In this document: one piece after another, positions 41,538 to 51,775 of the stretch
Position numbering within the stretch: position 1 is the first letter of the stretch
Layout of the letters: every line of letters begins with the position of its first letter
Origin: a virus
Lineage: Duplodnaviria; Caudoviricetes
DNA length: 64,000 nucleotides
Virus record (IMG/VR): IMGVR_UViG_3300042993_000007
Coordinates: 71 to 64,070 of that record
Direction: 5' to 3' (one strand)
Notes under the pieces: generated by a model
The model's database searches: none
The model's input: the letters and a program-made list of their open reading frames with translations, nothing else
Told to the model about the DNA's origin: nothing
Made by a program: the position numbers and the translations under genes

Positions 41538-42494
41538 ATGCTTAAAGAACTCAAGTTCGTCCAGGGCGCGGTCGCTAAGAAGAGCTTCGTGCCTGAGCTA
41601 ACCCACTTCCAGATTCGCAATGGGTTCGTACGGGGTTATAACGGCAGCCTTGCGCTCTGCGCACCCATTGCCCTGGACTTTGACTGTCTGCCAAAGGCCG
41701 AGGCGCTGGTCAAGGCGATACAGAACTGCAACGACACCATCCAGCTCAGCGTTACCCAGGCGGGGCGGCTCAGCATTAAGAGCGGCACCTTCAAGGCGTT
41801 CATTGACTGCTTTGACACCCACGAGACGCCTGACCTGGAGCCGGAGGGCGAGCCTATCGAGTTTGATGGCGTTGCCCTACTACACGCCCTGAAGACCATT
41901 GCGCCGTTCGTTGGTGACGATGCTAGCCGCCCCTGGGCGAATGGCGCGCTGCTGAAAGGGCAGTCGGTATATGCCACCAACAACGTAGTTCTGGTTGAAT
42001 ACTGGGTTGGTGTGCAGTTCCCCAAAATACTCAACCTGCCACGGTCTGCAATCAAGGAGATCATACGCATCGGTGAACCGCCAACGAGCGCCCAGTGTAC
42101 GGAGAACAGCATTACCTTCCACTACCCTGGCGGTCGGTGGATTCGTAGCCAGCTTCTGGCGGTGCAGTGGCCCGACCTGGAGCTGGTGCTTAGCAAGGAG
42201 TCTACCCAAAGCCCACTAGACAAACGGCTGTTCGACGGGCTTAAGGTTGTCAAGCCGTTTGTGGACAAGATGGGTCGCATACTGTTTGACGCCAACGGCA
42301 TACGCACCCACCACGATGAAGGTGAAGGCGCTGCGTATGAAATTGAAGGGTTCAACTGCGAGGGTGTGTACGCCCTGGAAATGCTGGAGCTGCTGGATGG
42401 TGTGGCCAACACTATCGACTTCACAGCGTACCCTAACGCCGCGCTGTTTTACGGTGACCGGCTGCGCGGTGCCATTATTGGACTGTTGCTATGA
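41538..42494 (+). CDS. DNA sliding clamp (beta-like)
   Basis: 318 aa directly upstream of polymerase; LTHF...YATN.. repeats typical of beta-clamp-like phage proteins. Confidence 0.7.
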   Translation: MLKELKFVQGAVAKKSFVPELTHFQIRNGFVRGYNGSLALCAPIALDFDCLPKAEALVKAIQNCNDTIQLSVTQAGRLSIKSGTFKAFIDCFDTHETPDLEPEGEPIEFDGVALLHALKTIAPFVGDDASRPWANGALLKGQSVYATNNVVLVEYWVGVQFPKILNLPRSAIKEIIRIGEPPTSAQCTENSITFHYPGGRWIRSQLLAVQWPDLELVLSKESTQSPLDKRLFDGLKVVKPFVDKMGRILFDANGIRTHHDEGEGAAYEIEGFNCEGVYALEMLELLDGVANTIDFTAYPNAALFYGDRLRGAIIGLLL

Positions 42495-44500
42495 GGTCTG
42501 ACGCGCTTGGGTTCTTCTGGCGGGACGAACCTGTCATCCGCGTAGTAAAGGAAAAGATAAAGCGGGTGCCACCCGAGCGCACCTGGGAGGCGCCAGACTT
42601 CCTGCCGTTCTACGAAGAGGCTTGCGCGCACGTACCAACGCTGTTCACTGACGCAGATCTGATTGCCATTGCTGGCACGGGTGTGCAGCTCGAGTACGAC
42701 ATCGAGTGTTACAAGAATTATGTACTGATTGCGTTCATCCACAAGGAAACCGGACGCATTGTTTACTTCGAGTCACACAACGACAGCTGGATGGACTTGG
42801 CGAAACTACGCTGGGTGATGCTTAACTTCACGCTGATCGGCTACAACAACAAGAACTACGATGAAACGATTGCCACCCTGGCCCTGGGCGGCATTAACAA
42901 CGCTGGGCTGAAGCGCGCCAGTGACATGATGATTGTTGGCGACGTGCCTGGGTATGAGGTACTTCGGGAGTTTAGGACCAAGCGGCTGAAGGGCTTGGAC
43001 CAGATTGACTTGATCGAGGTTGCGCCATCCTTCTGCTCGCTGAAGACCTACGCTGGCCGCATGTTCTCAAAGCGCATGCAGGACTTGCCGTTTCACCCAA
43101 GCCTTGGGCTGAACGAGCAACAGGTGACGGTGTTGCGGTGGTACTGCTTCCTTGACCTTGACCACACCAACGAACTAAAGGTTTACCTGCGGCAACAGCT
43201 CGACCTGCGCATTACCATCGGCGCCGAGTACGGCCTGGACCTGCGTTCCAAATCCGATGCGCAAATCGCTGAGTCTGTAATCTCTAACGAAATGCAGGCG
43301 CGCACCGGCCAGCGCCCAACCAAGACCACCATCCTGCCGGGTACGGTCTACTATTACAACCCACCCAGGTTCTTGCAGTTCAACACTCCCAATATGCAGT
43401 GGGTGTTGAACACAATTATTCAGACGCCGTTTATAGTCAGTGAGTCCGGGAAGGTTGGGCTGCCGGAGAACCTGAAGGAGCTGCTGATTCCCATCGGCGG
43501 CAGCAAGTACCAAATGGGTATCGGTGGGCTGCACAGTACCGAGCACGGCACGGCCTACGTTGCGTCTGAAGACATACTGCTACTCGACCGGGACGTGGCG
43601 TCGTACTACCCGGAGATCATGCGCATACTTGGCCTGTTCCCACCGCACCTGGGACCGGCGTTCCTTCAGGCGTTCAGCGGCATTGTGGACCGCCGTTTGG
43701 CAGCCAAGCGAAACAAGGACAAGGTGACAGCCGACGCCCTCAAGATTACGATCAACGGCACCTACGGCAAACTCGGCAGCGTGTTCTCTTTCCTGTACGC
43801 CCCGCACCAGATTATTCAAGTAACCATTACCGGTCAACTGGCGCTGCTGATGCTGATCGAGCGCATCGAGCTGGCGGGCCTGTCCGTTATATCGGCCAAC
43901 ACGGACGGCATTGTTACCCGGTGCCCTAAGAAAGACCACGACAAGTTTGAAGCCATCATTGCCCAGTGGGAAGCCGACACGCACTTCCAAACTGAAGAAA
44001 CCCGCTACTCGGCTTTGTACAGTAAGGACGTCAACAACTACATTGCCCTCAAGGAAGGTGGTGGGTATAAGAGTAAAGGTGTTTACGCCAACCCATGGGA
44101 CAAGAACAACCCGGACACGTTCAGTCTTAACGAGCAGCTGAAGCACAACCCAACCAACCTGATTTGCATCGAGGCGGTGCTGGCCCAGCTGATGCAAGGC
44201 GTACCTGTGGTCAGAACCCTGCGTGACTGCAACGACGTGCGCAAGTTCATCAGCGTGCGGCAAACTAAGCACGGTGCAGTGAAGGACGGCGTGTACCTGG
44301 GTAAAGCAATTCGGTGGTACTATGCTGAAGGCGTTACCGGTGAAATTATCAGCGCCAAGACTGGACACAAAATTTCCCGCAGTGACGGGGCTAAGCCGCT
44401 AATGTTGCTTCCGGACACTTTGCCAGACGATATCAATTACGACTGGTATGAAAGGGAATGCAACAAAATATTAAAATCTATTGGATACAGCGACGCTTAA
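42491..44500 (+). CDS. Family B DNA polymerase
   Basis: Exo YDIEC and GYNNKNYD; Pol DVASYYP, KITINGTYGK, NTDG. Confidence 0.92.
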   Translation: MRSDALGFFWRDEPVIRVVKEKIKRVPPERTWEAPDFLPFYEEACAHVPTLFTDADLIAIAGTGVQLEYDIECYKNYVLIAFIHKETGRIVYFESHNDSWMDLAKLRWVMLNFTLIGYNNKNYDETIATLALGGINNAGLKRASDMMIVGDVPGYEVLREFRTKRLKGLDQIDLIEVAPSFCSLKTYAGRMFSKRMQDLPFHPSLGLNEQQVTVLRWYCFLDLDHTNELKVYLRQQLDLRITIGAEYGLDLRSKSDAQIAESVISNEMQARTGQRPTKTTILPGTVYYYNPPRFLQFNTPNMQWVLNTIIQTPFIVSESGKVGLPENLKELLIPIGGSKYQMGIGGLHSTEHGTAYVASEDILLLDRDVASYYPEIMRILGLFPPHLGPAFLQAFSGIVDRRLAAKRNKDKVTADALKITINGTYGKLGSVFSFLYAPHQIIQVTITGQLALLMLIERIELAGLSVISANTDGIVTRCPKKDHDKFEAIIAQWEADTHFQTEETRYSALYSKDVNNYIALKEGGGYKSKGVYANPWDKNNPDTFSLNEQLKHNPTNLICIEAVLAQLMQGVPVVRTLRDCNDVRKFISVRQTKHGAVKDGVYLGKAIRWYYAEGVTGEIISAKTGHKISRSDGAKPLMLLPDTLPDDINYDWYERECNKILKSIGYSDA

Positions 44501-44599
44501 AATAAATTCACAAGAAATCCAACACATCCTGTGAACTCGGTATATAACTAAAGGTGTAGGCAGTACATACGTTCTGCCATCAACGTGAGGTTACATACT

Positions 44600-44998
44600 A
44601 TGAAACGTGTCGAACCTGCCTTCTCCAGCAAGATTGAGAAGGCGTTGCTTGCCCGACTCACTCCACAGCTGATCGATGCGGTGCGCGAGACGGTTCACCT
44701 CGTGTTGGCACAAGCCCCGGTCGAAGCTACACCGAAGGATGCCCGTCGCGTCCGCAATGGTGTAACCGAGCCGCCTGTTGGCGGCAAATGCAGGGCTATC
44801 TGGGAAGAGCTGGATAAGCTCGTACTAGCGTCGAAGGGCGTAGTACCCAAGGTTACGGAAATCATGGCTGCCGCACGCGATGCCGATCTAAACGAGAATA
44901 ACGCCCGGTGTGAGTACTACTACTGGAGGCGATTCAACGGTTACGGCAAGAAAGCTGGGGTGAAAGCGGAGGTAAAGCGCGCAGCCAAAGCCAACTAA
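44600..44998 (+). CDS. Paralog family member D
   Basis: NGVTEP...CRAIW...LNENN...EYYYWRRFNG; GAGGT SD. Confidence 0.75.
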   Translation: MKRVEPAFSSKIEKALLARLTPQLIDAVRETVHLVLAQAPVEATPKDARRVRNGVTEPPVGGKCRAIWEELDKLVLASKGVVPKVTEIMAAARDADLNENNARCEYYYWRRFNGYGKKAGVKAEVKRAAKAN

Positions 44999-45011
44999 AT
45001 CAAGGACCATT

Positions 45012-45040
45012 AAAAAGCCCCGCGTGCGGGGCTTTTATTT
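45012..45040. terminator. Bidirectional intrinsic terminator
   Basis: AAAAGCCCCG-CGTG-CGGGGCTTTT between convergent operons. Confidence 0.85.
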
Positions 45041-45144
45041 TGATCGCTGGCTGGTGGGTTATGTGCCCAGGCTGGCCCCGCCAGCGAGCGCCAGCGCTGC
45101 GATCGGTGCCAACCCCTGGCAAGGGTGCCGGGTGGCCCAGGCCA

Positions 45145-46584
45145 TTACACCCACGCCGAGCCGTTCCACAGGGTTTCGGTGCTTGCCGTCTGATCGTAGC
45201 ACTGACGGCCTTTCAGCTGCGCCAGGAATTCCCAACCCGTGTCCGTCATAACTGCAATCTGATTGTTATGGCCGGTGAAGGCACCTGTACCGCTTGCACC
45301 AACCCGAGCAGCTTCGCCAGCCGCTGCGGGTGAGAACGCCGACGCTGTGCCCCAGGCTGCCGAGTTGGCGAGAAGCAAGTCCAGGCCACCAATGTCGGCG
45401 ATCGCGTTGCCGCTGGTTTCATCCAGGGGCCAGTACCCACGAAGGTCCGCAGCTTCGTACCCGGAGATGTTGCCGTCCACGGATAGGGCGTCTGCGTCCC
45501 CGGCGGACAAGTTTGTGGACCAGACTGCAAACCTGGAGAACCAAGTGTCGTCCCAGTTCAAGCCGGTGGCACTCTTGCCGATCTGGTAGTGCTGGTCGCT
45601 TTCCACGGAGAACGTTGCGGTCGTTGTGGAGTTGATGACCTCTGTGCCGTCAACGTACACCTTGATAACGCCGCCGGAGCTTGTACCATCGATGGTGACC
45701 ACAACCTTGTGGTGGGTGTTGGCGACAATGACACCAGCAGACGACGTTGCGCTACCGCCGAACAGTGGGTCGCGTGGCAGCGTTAGCGCACCGGTGGATG
45801 TGATCTGGAGGTAGATGTACACGTCACCGGTGGTGTTACCTTCCAGCCGCATGAGATCGACTGTGGAACTTGGCAATGCCGCTGTGTGTACTTCGCAATA
45901 CATGCTGAACGCAGTGGCGCCAGTCATTGGAACTATCTCACCGTTGTTTCTAGCGCACCCAAGGCCATCCGGGTCTGTCACCACCACGTTACGGGTCGCC
46001 ATGGCACCAGCGTCAGCGCTGGCGTTGAAGGTGCCCAGGACCACGAACCGGGTCGCCCCAGCTCTGGAAATGTAGTCCGTGCCACCTCCACCGCTGTCAG
46101 GTACAAACTCGAAGCCAGTGCCAGCACCGTTGACGACAACCTTGTACGTCGCCGCACCGGCATAGCTGCCAGGGCCATCGGTTAAATCCAGCAGCGTGGA
46201 CGCACCGCCACCCCCACCACCGCCACCCAGCGACACCAGCGACGTACCGTCACTGTGTACCAGCGCAGACACCCCAGCAGCCAGGGTAAGCGAGCCGCTC
46301 GCCGCATACTTGACCGTGCAGACTTTGCTGGTGCCGTTGCGCACAGCGAACAGGCGGTTGGTCCCTGGGACCACCAAGTTGAAGTCCGCAGCAGGCGAGC
46401 CACTAAGGTTGAACATGACGTTGCGGGTGAACTCGGTCGCTGTCAGCGTGCGGTGCGTAGTGATGGTGATTGGCAGTACACCGTTCGCAGCGTTGTCCAG
46501 GGCGTTGATCCCATCGTTGATGGTGACCTCCTTCTGTGTCTGCGAAGCGCTAACTGCTGGGATGCTTAAGTTGTCCGATGCCAT
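45145..46584 (-). CDS. Tail fiber / receptor-binding protein (DUF2793-like ends, LamG-like core)
   Basis: QTQKEVTINDG N-terminus, lectin-like HKVVVTIDG...VYVDG...YWPLDE, C-terminal GAFTGH...W. Confidence 0.7.
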   Translation of the reverse strand: MASDNLSIPAVSASQTQKEVTINDGINALDNAANGVLPITITTHRTLTATEFTRNVMFNLSGSPAADFNLVVPGTNRLFAVRNGTSKVCTVKYAASGSLTLAAGVSALVHSDGTSLVSLGGGGGGGGASTLLDLTDGPGSYAGAATYKVVVNGAGTGFEFVPDSGGGGTDYISRAGATRFVVLGTFNASADAGAMATRNVVVTDPDGLGCARNNGEIVPMTGATAFSMYCEVHTAALPSSTVDLMRLEGNTTGDVYIYLQITSTGALTLPRDPLFGGSATSSAGVIVANTHHKVVVTIDGTSSGGVIKVYVDGTEVINSTTTATFSVESDQHYQIGKSATGLNWDDTWFSRFAVWSTNLSAGDADALSVDGNISGYEAADLRGYWPLDETSGNAIADIGGLDLLLANSAAWGTASAFSPAAAGEAARVGASGTGAFTGHNNQIAVMTDTGWEFLAQLKGRQCYDQTASTETLWNGSAWV

Positions 46585-46585
46585 G

Positions 46586-49500
46586 TTACAACACCTCCAC
46601 GGTGAGTTCCCGGCTGAGGCCGCGTCCAACGAGGGCACTCATCTGGTATATTTTGAAAGTGATTTCAGTCGGCATAGTGCCGAAGTCTGTTGCAATGTCC
46701 GCGGCCAGATACGTCTTGGCTGGTGTGGTCATACCGGTAAACGTGCGCACCAGTGTACCACCTGGGGCGTCGAATATTTCGAGTTCGTAAGCCTCGGTAG
46801 CTTCACTGAGTGGTACGTCCCCAGTCAGGTCGCCAAGCTCGCCACCCAGGCGGGTACGGCGCACCCAGGTAAAGTCGATGTCTCCAGCGTTCGCCGTTGC
46901 CGTAAACTGGCGCGGCATGTAGGGCTTGAGGTCTGTGCCCTGGCTGGTGATGGTGGTGGTTGCAGCGTCTTCGAACTGCGTACCGATGGTGACTGCGCGG
47001 AAATACTTTGGCGTGCCAACCTCGCTGAACGATATGGCTTGCGCGATGGCGTCCACTGGGTCCAGCACGATGAACAACTCCACGTCGTTGTGCCCACCGC
47101 AATACACGTCCGTGCCACGGCGACCGCGCAACAGCGTGTCCAGGATGAAACTACCGTCGGACTGGACCGTTGCGTTCTGCCACTGCACAACCTCAACCGT
47201 GCCGTCGTACCTGACCACAGCGGCAGCGTTGGCACCGGCCATCATCTGCTCATACGTTACCGACTGGATCTGGTCGGCACCGGTCGTCATGTATACCCGC
47301 ATGGTGGTAGTGTAGTCGGTGGAGAACGGGTCCAGGTTGTCCGGCAGCACAGTTGACAGGGTGCCGTAGGACGCTTCGTTAACCGTGTCGGTAAGCTCAG
47401 CCCAGGTAATATTATCCTGACTCTTGCACAGGATGGCGCCACGCCAGCCGGTTGGCCCGTATCCAGCCATGAAATAATAGTCCATGGACAAGCCTGCCGC
47501 CGGATTGTGCGTGTCGAGCAGCAGTGGCATATCCAGGATGAACAACCGCGACGTCAGCGCCTGCGGGAACGTCATGCGGATAACGCCGTTGCCACCCTCG
47601 CCTTCGACTGTGGACACGTAGGTTGCCGCATCGCTGGACACGCAAGTCATTTCAAATTGCAGGTCTGCGCCGAGGGTGGCTTTCTCGATACGTTGCAGCA
47701 GCGTGGTCCCGTCGTCAAGCTCGACGGTAAGCTCGTCACCTGGGTCAAGCCACATGTAGTTCCATGGCACGCGCTGGCTGTAGGTGGAGCGCTCCTGCCA
47801 AAGCGAATACAGTTGCTTCTGCGCAAGCCGCTTCATCTTTTGGAAGTCTGAAACGATTGGCAGCTCCACCTCGACGCGGTTGCTGGACAGCATTGCAGGC
47901 GTCGGCCGGTACGGGCGCTGGAAGATGGCCGTGTTGGTGTTGTAGTCCCTGGTTTCGTCCATGAACGTGATGCCAACGTGGCACGGTAGTTCAGTTTCCT
48001 GAATGCGACGTTCGTCCAGCTGCTGGCCGGTCTGCGTGTTCGGGATCAGCATTTCTTCTGGGATGGTAACTAGCGAGTCACTGCCCTTTGGCAGGAACTT
48101 GAGCACGTAGTCGCTTTCGACGGAGTAGAATGTGAACGCCATTTCCAGCGGTTCGATGTTGGCGCGGCAGGTTGACGTCTTGGTGGCCTGGAAACCGCGG
48201 ACCATGTAGTCGTCACCTGTGATGGCGCTAACGTCAAAGTCAGCGTCAGACAGGTTGGCCCGACGGCACAACTGGGAAACGATGCTGGCCACAGACACGC
48301 CATCGCCTGCGCTGCGGTTCAGGTAAAACTTAACGACGTTGTTGGTGTTGGTGCGACCAATGATGGCGTCTTGTTCCGCGTCGTACCACTGCACCGCGTT
48401 GGAACCGGATGCCATTGTTCCAGCTTCAGGGAAGTCGTACAGGCTGACCGCACCGCTAATCATGTTCAGGGTGACAATGGTGGTTGGCGCGCTGAGGAAG
48501 CTGTAGGTGTCCGTCAGCGCGTGCGGGTTCTGCTGCACAGACGAATGGTTGCCGTTGTTGGTGGTGCCTGCGGCGATAGAGAACTGCGGGGATTCCTTGG
48601 CCCAAATCACGCCGCTTGGGCTCCACTTGACCGCCCAGTATTTAACCGTGGACAGGTCAGGCCCAGCGACAGGCGTAGCGAAGGCCCGGTATGTGGTTAG
48701 GAACAGGACGATCGTGTTGTCTGCGGGCACGTACACGACGTTGCGCAAGGCGCCCCAGCACACGGCCAGCGGGTCAACGTCGGTAAAGGCCAGTGACCAG
48801 TAGGTTGTGAAGAAGTCCACGAACGGGAATGTCGCTGGCAACGGTGCGTCAGGGCTCAGCGTCAGCTTACCGATGTGGATGTCCTTCTCCGGGAACGGGT
48901 CGCCTTCCGGGAACGCTTGGCTGCGGTCGCCACCAACAACCATCCACACCTCTGCGGAGTTGCTGTAAACAGCGCCAGGGGTTGCCAACAATGTGGCCCA
49001 TATGTCCGAGCTGATGCCTATGTGGTCGAACGGTTCCGCTGTACCGAATCCCATGACGCCTGAAGACAGCTCCGCGATTTGGTAGGCGTAGTCACTTAGC
49101 TGGCGAGTCACACAGAAAGACGGGTACACGCCAAGGAAGATGTTAAAGATTGCTGGCTCGCCCAGGGCGGTGAAGGTTTCAACCTGCAACATAGTGGAAC
49201 GGTCCACGCTGAATTCCAGCGCGCCATCCGCAGGTGCTACGTCGGCCAACCGCCAACGGGTGGCACTTAGGAAATCGTATGAGGACGCAATGGACCATAC
49301 CGGGGCGTTGACGCCGCCCTGCTGCATCGTTACCGGGTCAACAATGGCATACGAAGGGCCTGCGTTGGACGCACTGTTCTTGACATAGAAATACAGCCGA
49401 CCGTCCGCTTGGCCGATGGACATATAGGACGGAGCACCGTCAATCTCTGTCGGCGAGATGTTCATACCTGGGTGGATGACGTCTTCGAACGGCCTGGAGC

Positions 49501-50260
49501 GCGTGACCTTCATGCTGTCGATGTCAAACTCAACCAACATGGTGTCGCGCAGCGTGCCAGCGAACGGCAGTATGCGGTGGATCAGATACCCTTTGCGCGT
49601 CTTAGTGTTGATCGCCATTTCAGTGTTACTGGACGGCGTGAAGGTTTCGCCTGTCAGTGGGCGGAAGTAATTCACCGGGGACGCGCTTTCCGCATACTCG
49701 ACCGTCATCTGCGGGATGCGGTTGCCAAAGTCCTTCAGCTGGAACTTGTCGAACACGATGTAGCACAGGCCGCGATAGGCCGGTGCCAGGTCCACGCCGA
49801 CCAGATCCTCCACCAGCGGGTCTGGCAGTTGGTCTTCAGTGCCAGCGTAAAACCGGAACACAAGGCCAGCTTTCTTAACGATTGAGTCCAGGGACGTGGC
49901 GTCATAAATGATCTTACCGTCTGCCCAAATGCGCAGGATCTTTTCGATAGGCCCTTCGCCAATCATCAGCAGGAAGTCAACCTCAGCCGTGTAGGTTGTG
50001 GTCGTGCCACCACCGCCACCGCCCTTGCCACCCTTGATCTTTTCCTTGTGCGCAATTTCGCGCATTTCGGACGCCTGGATAATGTTGCCGCCAACGCGAC
50101 CCATCCCCCTCAGTATGGGGATGGCCTTGCCATACGCTGAGTCTGTGACCTTAAGGTCGCCCAGGTGTGGCGCAGCCGTTTGCGGGCCTTTGGGTTTCGT
50201 CAGGATGAATACTGCGGCAACGGCGACCGCGACAACTGCAACAACGGCTAGCTGACCCAT
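46586..50260 (-). CDS. Central tail / host-specificity protein (GTA gp15-like)
   Basis: YGKAIP...GRVGGNIIQ, PAYRGLCYIVF, FGNRIP, LLRGRRGT. Confidence 0.85.
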   Translation of the reverse strand: MGQLAVVAVVAVAVAAVFILTKPKGPQTAAPHLGDLKVTDSAYGKAIPILRGMGRVGGNIIQASEMREIAHKEKIKGGKGGGGGGTTTTYTAEVDFLLMIGEGPIEKILRIWADGKIIYDATSLDSIVKKAGLVFRFYAGTEDQLPDPLVEDLVGVDLAPAYRGLCYIVFDKFQLKDFGNRIPQMTVEYAESASPVNYFRPLTGETFTPSSNTEMAINTKTRKGYLIHRILPFAGTLRDTMLVEFDIDSMKVTRSRPFEDVIHPGMNISPTEIDGAPSYMSIGQADGRLYFYVKNSASNAGPSYAIVDPVTMQQGGVNAPVWSIASSYDFLSATRWRLADVAPADGALEFSVDRSTMLQVETFTALGEPAIFNIFLGVYPSFCVTRQLSDYAYQIAELSSGVMGFGTAEPFDHIGISSDIWATLLATPGAVYSNSAEVWMVVGGDRSQAFPEGDPFPEKDIHIGKLTLSPDAPLPATFPFVDFFTTYWSLAFTDVDPLAVCWGALRNVVYVPADNTIVLFLTTYRAFATPVAGPDLSTVKYWAVKWSPSGVIWAKESPQFSIAAGTTNNGNHSSVQQNPHALTDTYSFLSAPTTIVTLNMISGAVSLYDFPEAGTMASGSNAVQWYDAEQDAIIGRTNTNNVVKFYLNRSAGDGVSVASIVSQLCRRANLSDADFDVSAITGDDYMVRGFQATKTSTCRANIEPLEMAFTFYSVESDYVLKFLPKGSDSLVTIPEEMLIPNTQTGQQLDERRIQETELPCHVGITFMDETRDYNTNTAIFQRPYRPTPAMLSSNRVEVELPIVSDFQKMKRLAQKQLYSLWQERSTYSQRVPWNYMWLDPGDELTVELDDGTTLLQRIEKATLGADLQFEMTCVSSDAATYVSTVEGEGGNGVIRMTFPQALTSRLFILDMPLLLDTHNPAAGLSMDYYFMAGYGPTGWRGAILCKSQDNITWAELTDTVNEASYGTLSTVLPDNLDPFSTDYTTTMRVYMTTGADQIQSVTYEQMMAGANAAAVVRYDGTVEVVQWQNATVQSDGSFILDTLLRGRRGTDVYCGGHNDVELFIVLDPVDAIAQAISFSEVGTPKYFRAVTIGTQFEDAATTTITSQGTDLKPYMPRQFTATANAGDIDFTWVRRTRLGGELGDLTGDVPLSEATEAYELEIFDAPGGTLVRTFTGMTTPAKTYLAADIATDFGTMPTEITFKIYQMSALVGRGLSRELTVEVL

Positions 50261-50685
50261 TAAGCGTCCTCCAAGCCATAGAATTCAAAACACGCTAAGG
50301 CCCGTGTCGGCCATTCACCCGTGTACTGCTCTTCAACCACCTTACGCCGTTCGGCGTAGGCGTGGATCAGTGACAGGGCACCGTACCGCTCGCCCAGCAT
50401 GCCAACGTGGAATGGAAACTTGGTGTCCCGAAACAGCAACACGTCACCGACCTTACACTCGAGCACGGACTTACGCCGCATATTCTTCTCGAAGTGCTCA
50501 ATGATGCTGTGGTCAACTGCTTTGCGGGTGTACTCGGTATGGTCGTAGTCTGCAACGCCGAGCGCTTTGGCCACAACAACGACTAGGCCAGCGCAGTCGA
50601 TACCCTGGCGGTTGCGGCCAATGTGGCGCCAGGGCGTGCCGACCCATGTCTTCGCTTCAGTAACGATGTCAGCTCTAGTCGTCAT
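50260..50685 (-). CDS. NlpC/P60 tail-associated peptidase
   Basis: WVGTPWRH.G...IDCAG...HVG...LIHA. Confidence 0.88.
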   Translation of the reverse strand: MTTRADIVTEAKTWVGTPWRHIGRNRQGIDCAGLVVVVAKALGVADYDHTEYTRKAVDHSIIEHFEKNMRRKSVLECKVGDVLLFRDTKFPFHVGMLGERYGALSLIHAYAERRKVVEEQYTGEWPTRALACFEFYGLEDA

Positions 50686-51773
50686 TATCTGGCGTCCGGG
50701 TATTGCATGAGGATGTCCTGCCCAGGTAGGAACGGCTCGCCTCGGAAGTTGAGGCGGTTGTCGTACTTGGCAATGCAGGTGGCAGCATACCGCTTATCGC
50801 AGCCAGGGGCCACGTACAAGGTGTCTGTTAGCGTAAACGGATACGCCAGCGGCAACGCAACTTCGAAGCTCGCTAGCCCGCCACCCAAGTCGGTCCAGTA
50901 CTTGACTTCAACTGACCGGCCAGTGTTAGGCCCGGACAGGAAAGTCATCAGCCCACCTGTGTACCACTCGGGGTCATCGGTTGCCCTGGGATCAAACGCA
51001 GCGAAGTCCACGATGAGCACCTTGGTCCCAGGGGTGGCTGTGGCGTCGACGGACGCACTTCTGGTCCAGGCGTTCTCACACGTGAATACAGCGGTGCCGT
51101 CGGTCGTGCTTATACCTATAGAGGCCGAGTAGGCTGGCGCGCTGCCAGCGGTCGTACCGGCGCCCGTACAGCGGAATATAAGGTCGTAACCGGCTGCGGC
51201 GACACGGATGTACTGGCCCAGGGTGTACGCCGTACTTCTGGCAACGAGTGCAGGGTCGACGGGCACCTTGCAACGGCTGTCGCCCAGGTCGGCACGGCAC
51301 TCGGGTGTGCTTACCGCAACCACATGGTTCGTCAGCGCCTGGGTAAGACCGCGCAGCTCTGTCCGGAATATGCCGTTTGGTGTTACCAGCACTTCGCCGA
51401 ACCAACCTTTGCGCAGCCGCATAATCCCTTGTGACAAGTCTGCCCAGTTGACGATGAATATTTCAACTACGGCCATATCGTACAGGCCAGCGCGCACGTC
51501 TTCGGCGGTGATGGCTGCATCGTCAATGAAGCCTTCCACTTCCAGGTTATCGACGGACATGGTTGTATCGTTGTCAACTGCGCTGCGGTTGTAACCCAGG
51601 GATGCGACGTAGGTGAGCACACCGTCGCCAGTTGCGTCGATTACAATGTCGGTGTCGTGGTCTGTGAATGCCATAACCACACCATCGCGGCGTGTGATCC
51701 GCCAGCAGGTACAAATCGAGGTCGTGTCTTGTTGCAGGTGGTCTTGCAGACCTACGCTCAAAGTCTTAGGCAT
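50685..51773 (-). CDS. Baseplate hub (DUF2163/BR0599 type)
   Basis: CWRITRRDG...FTDHD, CRADLGDSRC, PGCDK...C...N..NFRGEP. Confidence 0.88.
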   Translation of the reverse strand: MPKTLSVGLQDHLQQDTTSICTCWRITRRDGVVMAFTDHDTDIVIDATGDGVLTYVASLGYNRSAVDNDTTMSVDNLEVEGFIDDAAITAEDVRAGLYDMAVVEIFIVNWADLSQGIMRLRKGWFGEVLVTPNGIFRTELRGLTQALTNHVVAVSTPECRADLGDSRCKVPVDPALVARSTAYTLGQYIRVAAAGYDLIFRCTGAGTTAGSAPAYSASIGISTTDGTAVFTCENAWTRSASVDATATPGTKVLIVDFAAFDPRATDDPEWYTGGLMTFLSGPNTGRSVEVKYWTDLGGGLASFEVALPLAYPFTLTDTLYVAPGCDKRYAATCIAKYDNRLNFRGEPFLPGQDILMQYPDAR

Positions 51774-51775
51774 GG

